64,000 bases of DNA from Octopus sinensis (lineage: Eukaryota), in assembly GCF_006345805.1 (NCBI RefSeq), contig NC_043006.1, positions 83,018,001 to 83,082,000 on the forward strand. The letters are read 5' to 3'. The position numbers and the translations under genes are program-made. Below are positions 36,945 to 51,319 of the stretch, piece after piece (position 1 is the stretch's first letter; each line of letters starts with the position of its first letter). Below the pieces are notes generated by a model. It had not been told where the DNA came from. It made no database searches and worked only from the letters and a program-made list of their open reading frames with translations.

Positions 36945-39488
36945 TAATTCTTTTTATTGGCCACAAGGGCTGACACACATGATTAGGAAACATAAAGGGA
37001 CAAAACAGGACGAAAGGTTACAAAGGGTTTTGTCCGTTTTTGAAAAAATCCGAGTAAAAACTGTTTAACAACGAAAGATTATAACAATGAAAACCTCCCA
37101 ATAGGGGGAGGCGCTTCGAAAGGTTCCTGGTGGAAAAAACCCCATAAAAGCCAACGGGAGCCTGGACAAAAGTGGGGTAGAGAGCCCCTTTCTCCTTTTA
37201 TAAAACCTTTTTCAATCACAGGCGAAACCTGAGAATTGGTCCATTTATACTGGCCATTCTCGCACAATTCACCCACCTTTCAGAAAACTTGCTATCGGAC
37301 AGCATTCTCCTCTCTATCCTCATCTTCCTTTTCAAGTGAAACTTGAAAAAGTTGATGAGGCCTTGACCAAAGAGGAATGTGTCTGACTTTAGCCCTTTCA
37401 AACGGGTCCACCATACAACCTCTTTCGCCACAGCCACTAGGCACAAGAAAACGGCCTCGCCCTCCTTGTTAAAGGAGGTCGGCGGGGCAATCTTCACTAT
37501 GGATTCGGCTGATAGCCGGATCCGTCCTACACGTGACAGTAGCTGTTCGACATAAACCCATAGTTCAGCAATACTCGGGCACTGGACGAGTGCGTGCAGA
37601 ACGGTTTCGTCGTCCTGGCAACACCTCGGGCAGGCCCGGCTGACGGCACTTCCGTGCCGGTAGAGTTTATCCCGAACAGGCAGAGCCCCTCGGTAGCACT
37701 GCCAGGCGAGCGACCTCTGGAAATTATCCATTGGCCCCGACCCGAAAGTCCTTCCGAACAGACCGCTCAGTTCGTTATCGTCAACGCCTAGAATTTCCCC
37801 GAGAACGTCGTCGCATTTTTCCTCCACTAACCCTCTATAGAACGCTAGAGTGGAGCTGAAACCGATCGCATTGCCCGCCTGGCGGAGGGCGGAGAGAGCT
37901 TGACGGCACTCGAGGTGCCAAGCGCCCTTTCTCGGTCTACGTTTGATCCAGATCTGCAGCTCTGTCAAAGAGACGAGTTGCGGAAAGTCACGTCTGACAA
38001 AAGACGACCACACCTGTTCACCGTCTAGGAAACGCTTGAGATGTCGCAGCCTGAGCGCATGTCTGCGCATCAGTAACCACGGCATGCCAAGGCCTCCGTT
38101 CAGCGGTCGTTGACAGCAGATGGATCGCCTGACCAGTGGCACCTGACCCTTCCACAAAAAGTCGAAGAGCAAGCGTACCAGCTTGGCCAACAAGCGGTTG
38201 GGACAAGGGACGACGATCAAGCGGTAATAGATGACGGATGCGATATACGCATTCGCCACCTCCGCTCGACCTTTCAGGGACAGCTTCCTCTCGGCCCATT
38301 TCTGGGTGAGACGTGCCACCCTGCTCGTCACCCCTTCCCAGTTTTTATCCACCTGGAGGTCCGGACCGAACCAGACCCCGAGCAGTTTAACAGGTCCGTC
38401 TGTCCAGCACCCTACGACGCTGTTGGACGGCATGGGCTATCCTCTCCAGGTGCCCAGTTGCAAACCCACAGACTTTTCTGCGTTAATCTTTGCCCCTGTC
38501 ACCGCTTCGTACTCGTTTAGTGTCTCGCCAATCAGGCCAATGTGCCTGTGGCTCGACACCATCACGGTGACGTCGTCGGCATAGGCAGAAACGCTGTTTC
38601 CGCCTCCTAGATCGCGCGGGATACCCCTCAAAGCCTCCAACTTGCGCAGTAATGGCTCGAGAGTCAATATGTACAAGAGGGAGGAGAGAGGGCATCCTTG
38701 GCGTACCGAACGTGAGATGTCGAACGATTCCGAAAGGTGACCGTTCACCCGTATCACCGATCAACCCGCGGAAGACTGGACCGAAGCCGGCTGCCTTGGG
38801 AACAGCTGCCAGGTACCGATGGTCTACCCTATCGAAGGCTTTACTCTGATCTAAGTTGATCAAAGCCCCACCCGCGCCAGCGTCGTTACCCACCCTCTCT
38901 ATGATGTAGCGCATGAGATGGAGGTTGTCGTGTATCGACCTGGTCGGCACGGCGCATGTCTGCGTCTTGCCGACCAGCTTGTCCACGACAAGCGCCAATC
39001 TCTTGGCTAGCACCTTGGCCAAAATCTTCAACTCTGCATTGAGCAGAGTGATGGGCCGAAAATTCCCTATAACGTCCCCCTTGTTTGGGTCCTTTTTTAG
39101 CAAAGCCACCACCTCTCGACAGACAAAAGCAGGAATTCTCCCGTTTTGCTGCCAGTTGCAGTAGACGTTTGCCAACAGGCCCGCAAACAAGTCTGGCATT
39201 GAAGTGTAAAGCTCGTAGGGCAGACCATCCAAACCCGGCGATCTACCTCTCGTGCAACTCTTCATGCTTCCTCCACTTCCCAGGCAGATATCGGTCCTTC
39301 GCAGCACTCTGCCTCGCTGCCCGAGAGTTGCGGTAGGCCGTCCAGGTACACACCGAAGCCTGTACCATTGTGCGTTCCACCGCTCGTCCCAAACAGTTGA
39401 GCAAAGTGCCGCTGAAACACCGTACACATCTGCTTCGGTTCGGTAACCTCGCGCCCATTCTGGTCCACCAAAGACCGAATGGTTGCTT

Positions 39489-39490
<2 letters not shown>
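36945..39490 (-). mobile_element. 5'-truncated Tx1/L1-clade LINE (RT + zf-RVT + 3' UTR), inactivated
   Basis: SPGLDGLPYELY, FRPITLLNAELKILAK, DQSKAFDRVDH, VRQGCPLS, AYADDV, LLGVWF, CPRC...ETVLHALVQC. Internal deletion near 38760 and frameshifts. AATAAA near 36955. Microsatellite at both ends. Confidence 0.9.
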
Positions 39491-39580
<90 letters not shown>

Positions 39581-40530
39581 AATGATGATACATTAACAGG
39601 TCAATAAACTGTTAAAGGAAAATTACGATTATTAATCACATCTGTCTAACTCACTACAGCCTACGCCATCATTAATTATTGATAACATAAATATTATGAA
39701 ATCCGCCTTCTCCAAAGGTTTGTTAACACCAAATATGTAATTAATGATCTGACATTAAAACTATCATAATCGATACGGTAAAACAAATGAATAAACATTG
39801 ATTTATTAACATATATAGAGAGAGGGAGGGAGGGGGAGAAAGGTATTTAATAGCTATATGCTAACGAGAATCGATGCAGTAAACATGAATAAAGACGAGT
39901 AATTGATCAATGACCTATCAATATAAATTATTAACGTGTAAGATTGATTTCTGGAAGCCAACGAATGAGTTACTATGCGGTCATTCTGCTTAGTAGAAAA
40001 GGTAACGAAAGCTCACCGCTACGGCCGATCATCTGAAAAACAAAAATAAAATAAAGCTAGACCCTGATACACAAAAAGTCGTGATCCTTGTGACTGGAAC
40101 ACCTTTTATCGGCGGACTAGCAATCAAGTAGTAGGAGTGATGAATGAGGTTCAGAAGGAGGAGGGGGAGAGGAGGCAGGAAGAGGGGAAGGAAGAGTGAG
40201 CGGAAGAGCTGGAGGGGGAAAGAGGAGGAGGGGGAAGAAGAGGAGAAGGAGAAGAAGAAGAAGAAGAAGAAGAAGAAGAAGAAGAAGAAGAAGAAGAAGG
40301 AAAAGAAAGAGAAAGAGAAAGGAAAGACGAATGGAGGACGACGTCGACGACGAGGAGGACGGGGAGGAGGAGGAGGATGAGGACGAATAAAAGAAAGAGA
40401 AAGAATAGAAAAATGAAAAAGAAGGATGAGGAGAAAAAGAAAGAGGAAAAAAAGAAAATGAAGAAGGAGGAGGAAGAGGAAAAGGAAGAGAAGATGAATG
40501 AAGAAGAAAGCTGATGTAGAGCAATGGTTA

Positions 40531-40943
40531 CTCTTTTACTCTTTTACTTGTTTCAGTCATTCGACTGCGGCCATGCTGGAGCACCGCCTTTAGTCGAGCA
40601 AATCGACCGCAGGACTTATTCTTTGTAAGCCTAGTATTTATTCTATCGGTCTCTTTTTGCCGAACCGCTAAGTTACGGGGGACGCAAACACACCAGCATC
40701 GGTTGTCAAGCAATGTTGGGGTGGGGACAAACACAGACACACAAACATATATACACACACATACATATATATATATACATATATACGACGGGATTCTTTC
40801 AGTTTCCGTCTACCAAATCCACTCACAAAGCTTTGGTCGGCCTGAGGCTACAGTAGAAGACACTCGCCCAAGGTGCCACGCAGTGGGACTGAACCCGGAA
40901 CCATGTGGTTCGTAAGCAAGTGCTTACCTCACAGCCACTCCTA
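40531..40943 (-). mobile_element. SINE family B
   Basis: Colinear with 61228-61695. Further copies at ~42465-43160 (minus) and ~44880-45150 (plus). Confidence 0.85.
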
Positions 40944-41240
40944 TGGTTCTCAACCATTTTTGTCAATGGATCCCATTGATTTCTTATTCTGTTGAACCTC
41001 CATTACCATTCGTTATACGAGTATGTTATTTAAAAATATCCAATTGTATTTTTATGAAATATTATTAGGAATTGCAGAAAGAAAATTAAAGTATTTTGTT
41101 TAGTACAAGTGTAAAGAATTTACTGCAGATAAATTTTAAAAACAAAATCTAATATGGACTCTCAAGGGGTCGTGTGGACCTCGGTTGAGAACCACTAGAT
41201 GGTCAATAACAGCAAAGACAACGAAAGCAACAGAAATACT

Positions 41241-41474
41241 TATTTCTTTACTACCCACAAGGGGCTAAACACAGAGGGGACAAACAAAGACAGACAAACG
41301 GATTAAGTCGATTACATCGACCCCAGTGCGTAACTGGTACTTATTTAATCGACTCCGAAAGGATGAAAGGAAAAGTCGACCTCGGCGGAATTTGAACTCA
41401 GAACGTAACGGCAGACGAAATACGGCTACGCATTTCGCCCGGCGTGGTAACGTTTCTGCCAGCTCGCCGCCTTC
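41241..41474 (-). mobile_element. SINE family A with 15-bp TSD
   Basis: AGCAACAGAAATACT at 41226-41240 and 41475-41489. Confidence 0.9.
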
Positions 41475-41685
41475 AGCAACAGAAATACTAATGTTAAGAA
41501 AATAAAGAAAAACGAGAACAATTTAATGAAGACAAACTACATCATTAACAAAAGCAGCAACATCATCAACAACAGTAACAGCCAATACAGCAACAACATA
41601 AATATCATCATCAACAACATCAGCAATGAAACGGTTCTTTCGCATTTCTCAAGAATTCTATTTAGCGAAATATTTTTTCCAAATA

Positions 41686-41751
<66 letters not shown>

Positions 41752-42697
41752 CAGCGTTAAGTCCAAACCAGACATTAGTAAACGTAGTCAAGCGTTAAGT
41801 TTGAAACGTGTCTGTGTATAGCTTTTCTGTGGCTGTCATCTACTGCAAGTATTTATAAAACGAAGTGATAACATAGGATATTGCCAGTATTAGTGAAGCT
41901 GGTGGCCAGTAAGTAGGTAACGGAGCTTGGTATAGATTCAGAGTCGTCTTAGCTTCGTTATGTTGGAAGCTAAAATTCCGTCGTGGTCTCATTCGCCTTT
42001 TCATCCTTACAAGGTTGACAAAAAAATTAAAGAATTCATAAGCTGTTTGGGGAGGGGGTTAGCTTTTCTTTTCATTATTATTATTATTATTATTACTTTT
42101 TAGTTTTTTTCTATTTACGGCTACATAAAGACTTAGTAACTTATGCTGCTTTTAGGCTGACATGTTCACGTAGGCCAACTGCAAGCTGAACAGGGTGCTT
42201 CCATCAGGTGATACACACAGCTCATCAGTACCTAAGCGGAATTCGAACCCAGAACACTAAAAAGCAGAAACGATACCCCCAAGACATTATGCTCGATCCT
42301 CTAACAATTATGCACCTCTTTGGGATACATACTTTATTTATCGACCCTCCTGAATGGATGTTGGTATCGGCGTGATTTGAACCCATAGCATATTGAGCCA
42401 GTTGTAATGACTGCCAATCAGGGCTAATCTATTATAAGCATAAGTAATAATTTTCTTTTATATTGCTTCAGTCGTTAGACTGCGGCCATGCTGGGGCACC
42501 GCCTTAAAGGACTTTTAGTCGAATGTATCAACCCCTGAACTTATTCTATTTTTTAGAGCATGGTACTTATCCTATCGGGCCTTTTTGCTGGATCGCTAAG
42601 TTACGAGGACGTAGACACAAAACAGCGGTTGTCAAGTGATAGGGGGGGGCAGACGCAAAGACACACCTCAAAGACACACCACAAAGACACACACACG

Positions 42698-42739
<42 letters not shown>

Positions 42740-42744
42740 CAGGT

Positions 42745-42815
<71 letters not shown>

Positions 42816-42832
42816 TAGACAGACAGACAGAC

Positions 42833-42947
<115 letters not shown>

Positions 42948-42948
42948 G

Positions 42949-43014
<66 letters not shown>

Positions 43015-43289
43015 CGACTGGCTTCTTTCAGTTTTCGTCCTCCAGATCCCTTCACAAGGCTTTAGTTTGCCCGAGGTTGTAGTGGAAGACATTTGCTCTT
43101 GCCCAAGGTGTCACACAGTGGGACTGAACCCGGAACCATGTTGCTGGGAATCAAGCTTCTTACCATACAACCACTATGGTTTTACTGTTTAACTTTTTCC
43201 CCTTTCCAAGCCTATTGTTGTTGTTGTTGGTATTATCACTGTTATTGTCCAAGTCATTGTTGTTGTTTTGATTACATTTTATTCATTTA

Positions 43290-43515
43290 TTACCTCCGCC
43301 TTCGCTATTGTTTTCAATCGTGTTTGTTTGTTTGTCCATGGACAAGATATCTCAAGAACCGCTGGATGAATTCGGATGAAACTTTCAGGGATATTTCACC
43401 ACGTAACTGGCACGAACTGGTTAGATTTTGGGATCGGTTTGGTACCGGACAAGGATTCTGGATTATTTTTCCTATTTTTAACTTAATTTTTGAGAGCGGT
43501 CAGGTTCATTTTTAG
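43290..43515 (+). mobile_element. Probable non-autonomous Helentron/Helitron-associated element fragment
   Basis: ttattacctccgcc...tgtttgtttgtttgtcc...gatatctcaagaaccgctggatgaatt...aaactttcaggg. Recognised from memory of this pattern. A similar style of element lies at 50538-50760. Confidence 0.4.
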
Positions 43516-45179
43516 TATTCTCGTTGAGTTTATGGTAGCTATCAAAGTGCTACTTTATCGAAAATGTTTTCACCCTGTTTTATACAGTAGATAGAGGTCC
43601 GAAAAGACTTGGCTGGGATAGCTTCCACTTCTGTTAACCAGCCCTGCTTTGGCATACCAAGTGCCCAAAGCATCTCACCCACATTTATGGTTGTTATCTA
43701 AGCACTATGTTATCCTAGGAGTTGTTTACACGCTTTATACGGCGGGATGAGATTTGGAGGAGATTTGGCAGTTATTTTTAGCAAATACAGGCCTATTTGT
43801 GTAAACCTAGTGCCAAAAGCATTCCAGTCACATTTTATGGTTACTATCTAAAACGTTTTTCTTCGTTTCACACGGCCGAGTGAAATTTGAAAGATTTTAT
43901 TGTTATTTTTAGCAGATTGGAGGACCACATAGAGGCTCCGTCTATCTTTGTGATTGTTGGTAGATAACCTGCTTTGCCATATTCGCGTTTCCCAAACTGT
44001 TATCTGCGCTATCAATGTTATATTTATCTGCGTCTGTAACGTATGAGCTCTACCACGACAAATTCAGTGCAGTTTATATGTGGATAAATATACAAGGAAA
44101 GAAAAATTATTTCCATCAAGGACCTAAACCGAGGTAACGAAGTGAAAGAGTCGTTAAAATGTTGGATCGAACGATTCACATTGTTTATATTATTTGAATT
44201 TAGTGTCGTCGTCAGAGGTTTGAAAACCCGACTAGTTTGAGTATAGGCGCATGTCCCCTAAAAGTCTAGAAGTTACGGTAGGAAATACAAGGATGCAACT
44301 CTGTTACCACATCTAGTTTGGTTTAAGTGAGCAATTTGGCAGGATCGTAAACGAGTCGGATAGAATAATGTTCTTGTAGTACCCAGTGATCTGAGTTCAA
44401 GCTTCGGCGAGATCAATCACATCTCCGTCAGGTACACAGGTAGAAGAAGCAATTTCTTCTTCTTCTTCTTCTTCTTCTTCTTCTTCTTCTTCTTCTTCTT
44501 CTTCTGTTGATTAAGTGAAGGAATCAAGACAGAACAATTCTTTCAATTTTCAACGCCAGGCTGTAATCACAGCAAAAAGAAGGAAAGAATTCTGTTGTGA
44601 GGAATTTTATAATAGATCTTTTTTAAATGTACATTTTAAAAAAAATACATTGAAAAAAAGCAACAAGAAACATATAACAGCATGAATAATTGCAGAAGCG
44701 GAAGCAACTAGTTTCATTCCGCCATCTTCTTAATCATTGGTTGAAGAAAATGGCAGAAAGAAATCTCAAAACATTTTGCTACACAAACCTTCTGATTCAA
44801 GCTTTGCTCCCCAACCATATCCGTGGTACACTAGAAAAGTGTATTCAACTATAGCCACGGGCTGAACAGGAACTTCAGAGTAGATTTTGGTAGCCGGAAA
44901 CTGAGAGAAACACCTGTATGTGCGTGTAAGTCTTTGTATCTGTGATTGTCCATCACCACCACCGCTTGATAACCGGTATTAGTGTGTTTACGAGCCCATA
45001 ACTTAGTGGTTCAGCGGGAAACACCGATAGAATAAGTACATGGTTTTAAAAAAAATAAGCACTAGACGCAATTCCTAAAATTCCACTAAAATTATTCAAG
45101 GCAGTGCCCCAGCATGAACGCAGTCTAATAACTGGAACAAGTAAAACATAAAAGCTAAAAAAAGTACACACACACATAC

Positions 45180-45264
<85 letters not shown>

Positions 45265-45525
45265 CCTGCTCGCTTAGCCAGTGGGGTGGCGTCATTCGAA
45301 GGCTAAAACAATGCGAACACATTGTGACCAGCGACGTGTAACAACATCTGATGGTCTGGTCGGTCACGTGATCACGTGATATATATATTATATATATATA
45401 TATTATATATATGTATGTATATATATAGTTAATCCAAACAAGAGAGCACAAAAAAACACAACAACGCGAGGACGTGGAACAAATATAGTATTATTGGACG
45501 CTCAGGAAAGAAGGAAATATGGAGG

Positions 45526-45560
45526 GTTTAACGTTTCGAGCGGCGCTCTTCGTCGGAAAC
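45526..45560 (-). ncRNA. Minimal type-I hammerhead (ACGU family)
   Basis: GUUU/AAAC stem I, CCGACGA-A, GAGC-GCC-GCUC, GAAA, ACGU palindrome, U17. Confidence 0.45.
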
Positions 45561-45746
45561 ATAGGAGAAGGAAAGATCCAGAGAAGGGAAGACAGAGGGG
45601 AAAAAAGGCGTTAGGAATGGCATCCAACCGTAGAAACATTGCCAGATCAGACTGGGTCTAGTGCAGCCGTCTGGCTTCCCAGACCCCAGTTGAACCATCC
45701 AACCCATGCCAGCATGGAAAGCGGACGCTAAACGATGATGATGATG

Positions 45747-45813
<67 letters not shown>

Positions 45814-45983
45814 ATATATAGATATATATATATAAATATATATACCAACAAACGCCTGCGTGTGCACACATACAAGAGGATATATATTTATCTAAATATA
45901 TATAGCGTGCGTAAAACTCACGCAGGAAGAAAGGTGCCGCAAAAGCAACAACATATATGCAAAAGGGGCAACATCAGTACAAC

Positions 45984-46066
<83 letters not shown>

Positions 46067-46542
46067 CAGCAGCAGCTGTTATTGCGTCATCAAAGACCCA
46101 TACTTGTGATTTAGAGAACAGTAACCGCAGCAGTATTTTTTCGGACATACGTGAGTTCCATTCCAGTAAAATGAAAACAAGAATTTCAAAATAAAATCAG
46201 AAGAGCCCTTCTCCTTCACCTTTTGTATTTTCCTTTCTCACACACCTCACACAACACACAAGCACACACACACACACAAACACTCATCGTTTGATCTCAT
46301 CCTAAAGAGCAGTGTCTCAGAAGATTGGTATTCTTGTTACGTAAGACTGACTTCATGAGACTTGTTTATACAAAAGAAATACATGCAACAAAGGGAATGA
46401 TAGACTGCATACTTACGTGTGTATATGTATGTATATACATATATATATATGTGTGTGTATGTGTGTGTATGTTCATGTGTATATATACGTATATATATAT
46501 ATATATATATATATATTAACATATATATACATATGTATATAT

Positions 46543-46611
<69 letters not shown>

Positions 46612-47923
46612 TATATACAGAGGAGGTGGAGGAGCGACAGAGGAAAGGAAGGAGAAAGTTAGAGAAATAGGTAGATAAATGGATATATATATATATATGC
46701 GCATATACATGCACATATTCCTATAGTGATATTCATACGTGTGTCTGTGTTTATGAATATATCTATACGCTTATGTATATAATGTATATGTATGTATGTA
46801 TGCATGCATACATGCATGCATGCATGTACGTATGCAATGTATGTGCATATATATATATTTACATAAAAAATAGGAATCTCAAACAACATCATCAGCAGCA
46901 CCCATAAATTACTGCCCCCATATTTGTCATATCTCGCAGTCGATTTTACTTCCGTTTAATGAATTGTTATTATTTAATCTGGCTATGGCGGCAAGTTGAC
47001 AGGATCAGTAGAGCATCGGTAAAGTGTCTTTTGTCTTTTCTTTCAGTTCTTTGTTTCAATTTCAAATCCCAGCCGAGGTCAGCAATTCCTTTCATCAGTA
47101 CGAGGTCAATAAAATAAAGAGCAGTCTAGTACAGAAGTTAAGAGTATCGACTACCCTTTCCTCTCAGAATTGTTAGCTTTGTGTCAAAATAAAATGCAAT
47201 TACTTAATCTGGCCTTTGTTGTGCTCTGGTCAACTCGAATCAATCTAAATTTTTTTTTTTATAGGATCGTCCATTCGTGTTTAGTGGCTGCTCTCAATGC
47301 CGTCATTTTCAGTCCCATCTCAGAGGTTGGATATCGTTAATGTACACTCAACAATCAGCTAAAGTCACTCCCGATCGAAAGTGTTTTGAATCACACGCCC
47401 GGTCCGCCTAAATGATCTCAGTCGTCGCTTTTGTATTTTTTGAGCCATGAGCAATTGTTATGAAAGCTAGAGGAGTGCTGAGGCATCTTGACAGTAATGG
47501 CACCCGGGAAGATCGTGTCAGCAGATGAAGATCGCGTCACCGCAATATCTTTGAATAGCACAGATATTGAAGTGATCTGTACCACATTGAAGGAGTTCAA
47601 GATTGTAGCGGGAAGATGTATACATTAATTTGGAAAATTGTTCCTTTTATCTAGGTACCTAGAGAGGCAAATCCATGCTGGTCAGATCTCTAGGTGGATT
47701 GGAACCTTAGGATTACGAGATGATTGGCCAGTGTTACTCAGAAATGAGTTGAGACGAAGTTACCCTCAGGTAACAAGTGCATGGATCAACTCCTCTATTT
47801 ATTACTACATGACCGTCGTACATTGATCCAGTTTTCATTGAGCTAAATTCGACTGTCTATTCTTTCGTATATTGTAAAATTGACTTGATCCCGAGTTCAA
47901 AATGATCATTTGATATATAACTC

Positions 47924-48007
<84 letters not shown>

Positions 48008-48171
48008 CACAGTTGTTCGCTTATATAAGCAAGAAAGCAAGTATTCAATACATTCAAAGTTTAGTCATTCATTCAGAGACGATGATTCACTCTGTCACTC
48101 CTTAGGATTTCTCTAGGGCACGAACGCGATGCTTCAGATGACAAAACGTCTTAGCCGCAGCTCTGAGCTGA

Positions 48172-48232
<61 letters not shown>

Positions 48233-48539
48233 TGTATGTATGTATGTATGTATGTATGTATGTATGTATGTATGTATGTGTGTATGTATATGTATATGTA
48301 TATATTATAATAAAGGGTAAAAATCATTAATGATTTTACCATGGGCTGCGTAAACTTATAGGTGAATATTACAAATACTATAATGATTATATAGATAATT
48401 ATATCAAGGGATTTTTAATGTGGTATTAGCAGTTTCTGGCGTGTGTTTCTAACGCGTGGAGAAGCTTATAGCCAACCCCTTGATATAATTATGTATATAA
48501 TTATTTTAATATTTATATATAAACATGTACATATATTTA

Positions 48540-48587
<48 letters not shown>

Positions 48588-48596
48588 CATACACAG

Positions 48597-48633
<37 letters not shown>

Positions 48634-48961
48634 CATATATACTCTTATGAGTATGTATTGGTTTACTCCGAAGTACACTGAGTTATGTGTAGACAGACCA
48701 ACTCCCCAACCCACATACCTATACCACAAGAAATAATAAACAATGAATACACAATGCAGATATAGACCAACACACGCAGTAATGCACCAACCGTCATACA
48801 CGCGTATGTGTTGTATGCGCTTGCGTGGAAGCTTGCTGGTCTTAATACACATACACACGCACACATATATAATCATACATAAACACATATACATGTATAT
48901 ATTTATGTCTGTATGAATGTGTACGTGCATATGTGTTTGTGTGTGTGTATGTATGTGTGTG

Positions 48962-49011
<50 letters not shown>

Positions 49012-49400
49012 TCAAATGTGCGCCTGTTCCATTTCAGATGATGACGTCGTTCGTTTTTGTGTTTCTTGGTTTCATGCCAGCAGTTCGACATCTGCAAAAA
49101 TAATAGTCCCAGATTTTAACAAAGCGAAAACCACATCTATATATCTCGATCTAAAGGCAGTAAAGACATTTTTAGTTTTAATAGCACCAGATAGAAAATG
49201 TTATTGGACTATTTAAAATTATACATAAAGTGAAGTGGTATTGAGGGGCTCACCAATATTTCAGCGGCACACTGATACACAAAACATTGTCATAAACGAG
49301 TTTTGGATCAATATGGTTTCATAGGATTGTCATAGAGGCCATTTCAATCATCTTTATTACGCTGTTCTTTAAAAACCGGTTGGAATACACTTATGTATGA

Positions 49401-49464
<64 letters not shown>

Positions 49465-49512
49465 CAATAACTAAGTCTCTCTAAAAGAGAACAGCGGCAG
49501 CGTTCCCGGAAA

Positions 49513-50101
49513 ATAATAGTTATCGCCATACTAATATGGCATTCTTATAAAAATAAGAAAAAAGCTGTCCGCTTATTAGCTCCATGAGGCCATCGCCTTA
49601 AGTTAGCTATTTGATACACAAACTGTATCCATATAACCTTCGAACAAGGGAGGTCAGTCGCTCCACACTACTTGACCGGCAGCTACAGACGCGTTCGGAG
49701 TATTGCCCCTTTTCAATGCAGCGTAGCCAGCCAGTAGGTGTCGCTTCCGACAATCTCTGTTCGATGGTTTTATTTACCTAGTTTCGGTGGAATACATCCA
49801 CTTGTTTTCAATAATAGAAATATTAAAATAACTAGGTAAATAAAACCATCGAACAGAGATTGTCGGAAGCGACACCTACTGGCTGGCTACGCTGCATTGA
49901 AAAGGGGCAATACTCCGAAACGCGTCTGTAGCTGCCGGTCAAGTAGTGTGGAGCGACTGACCTCCCTTGTTCGAAGGTTATATGGATACAGTTTGTGTAT
50001 CAAATAGCTAACTTAAGGCGATGGCCTCATGGAGCTAATAAGCGGACAGCTTTTTTCTTATTTTTATAAGAATGCCATATTAGTATGGCGATAACTATTA
50101 T
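49513..50101. repeat. Near-perfect inverted repeat (arms 49513-49783 and 49830-50101, 46-bp spacer)
   Basis: By eye the arms are exact reverse complements except for one A in GAAA. Confidence 0.92.
49891..49932 (+). ncRNA. Minimal type-I hammerhead with U3:A8 core
   Basis: GCUGCA/UGUAGC stem I, UUGAAAA, GGGG-CAAUA-CUCC, GAAA, ACGCGU palindrome, GUC (cleavage after 49926). Confidence 0.7.
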
Positions 50102-50173
50102 ATATATTTCGTTTTGGGATTTGGTTTGCAAGATTCTTTATATGAGTTCGTGTGTTGAAGCATATTCTGTTGA

Positions 50174-50417
50174 GTCTGGGGAGAGTCGTTCTCTCTTAGT
50201 GCCTTATTATTTAACACACTCATCGGTAAAATTTCCACTTATTTCTTATCTTTATTTCCTAAAATTTTCGTTGCGTCTTGCAACCTTTTCAATAGTCTTG
50301 ACTCTATCCGTTATTTAACAACGAAAATTTTAGAAAATAAAAATAAGAAATAAGTGGAAATTTTACCGGTGAGTGTGTTAAATAATCAGGCACTAAAAAG
50401 AATGACTTTCCCCAGAC
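50174..50417. repeat. Imperfect inverted repeat (arms ~50174-50273 and 50319-50417)
   Basis: gtctgggga...aaaattttcgttg versus caacgaaaatttt...tccccagac. Confidence 0.8.
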
Positions 50418-50422
50418 AAACA

Positions 50423-50538
<116 letters not shown>

Positions 50539-51078
50539 TATATAAAATCTATTCTGTCTGTCTGTGTGTCTTCGAGGATCTCAGGCATCCTCCATCCGAT
50601 TGCGCTCAAATTTGATATGTAGATACCGACGGTATCAGGGCGTGTATAAGTCTTGAAAAAATTACAAAAATCGATTCCGGGTGAGAATGCGATCGATAAG
50701 CCCGTGGGAACGTGCATTTGTACGCGCAAGTACATCAGCTGTTGCGATCGATACTACGTGTACGCGAGAAAAATGCACGTGCAGTTTGCGCAAAAAAAGC
50801 CGGCTAGCTTGAAATAATGCTACAAAATGCAGTATTTTTAAGGGACCCAAAAAGTAAGATACAAAAGTGATATTTTCTTCAAACTTGGCATGGAGGAAGG
50901 AAAGACTATTTGGTTTTTCAAGAAGTTTTTTTTTTGCCTTAACTTCGTTTAACAAAACGAAAAATTTGATTGAAATAAAGGCATGCTTAATTATTTTTTA
51001 ATGAAAAGAAAACACTGATTGCTTTTTATTCAGCAGATATTATTCAGCACCGTCCATTGGACGGGGGGTGTTTTGCTC

Positions 51079-51115
<37 letters not shown>

Positions 51116-51121
<6 letters not shown>

Positions 51122-51252
51122 AGAAACAGCTGTAAGACTTTGAATTTTTTCCAATAATAATAATGTATACGACTTGAGATGTTTGCCTTGCCTTATCGTT
51201 TGTTGTCCTTTTTTTACAATTATATATATATATTATAATATATTATATATAT

Positions 51253-51319
<67 letters not shown>

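Noticed and set aside
31950-39490. Single rearranged full-length Tx1 element (ORF1 at 34-35 kb plus ORF2 at 37-39 kb)
   Set aside because: ORF1 lies downstream of the ORF2 3' end and has its own TSD, so these are separate insertions.
40140-40515. Lys/Arg/Glu-rich ORFs
   Set aside because: Polypurine (GAA/GGA) low-complexity tract with no splice or domain support.
47418-47826. Short non-repetitive ORFs as exons of a second gene
   Set aside because: No recognisable motif or consistent splice phases; nothing links them into a model.
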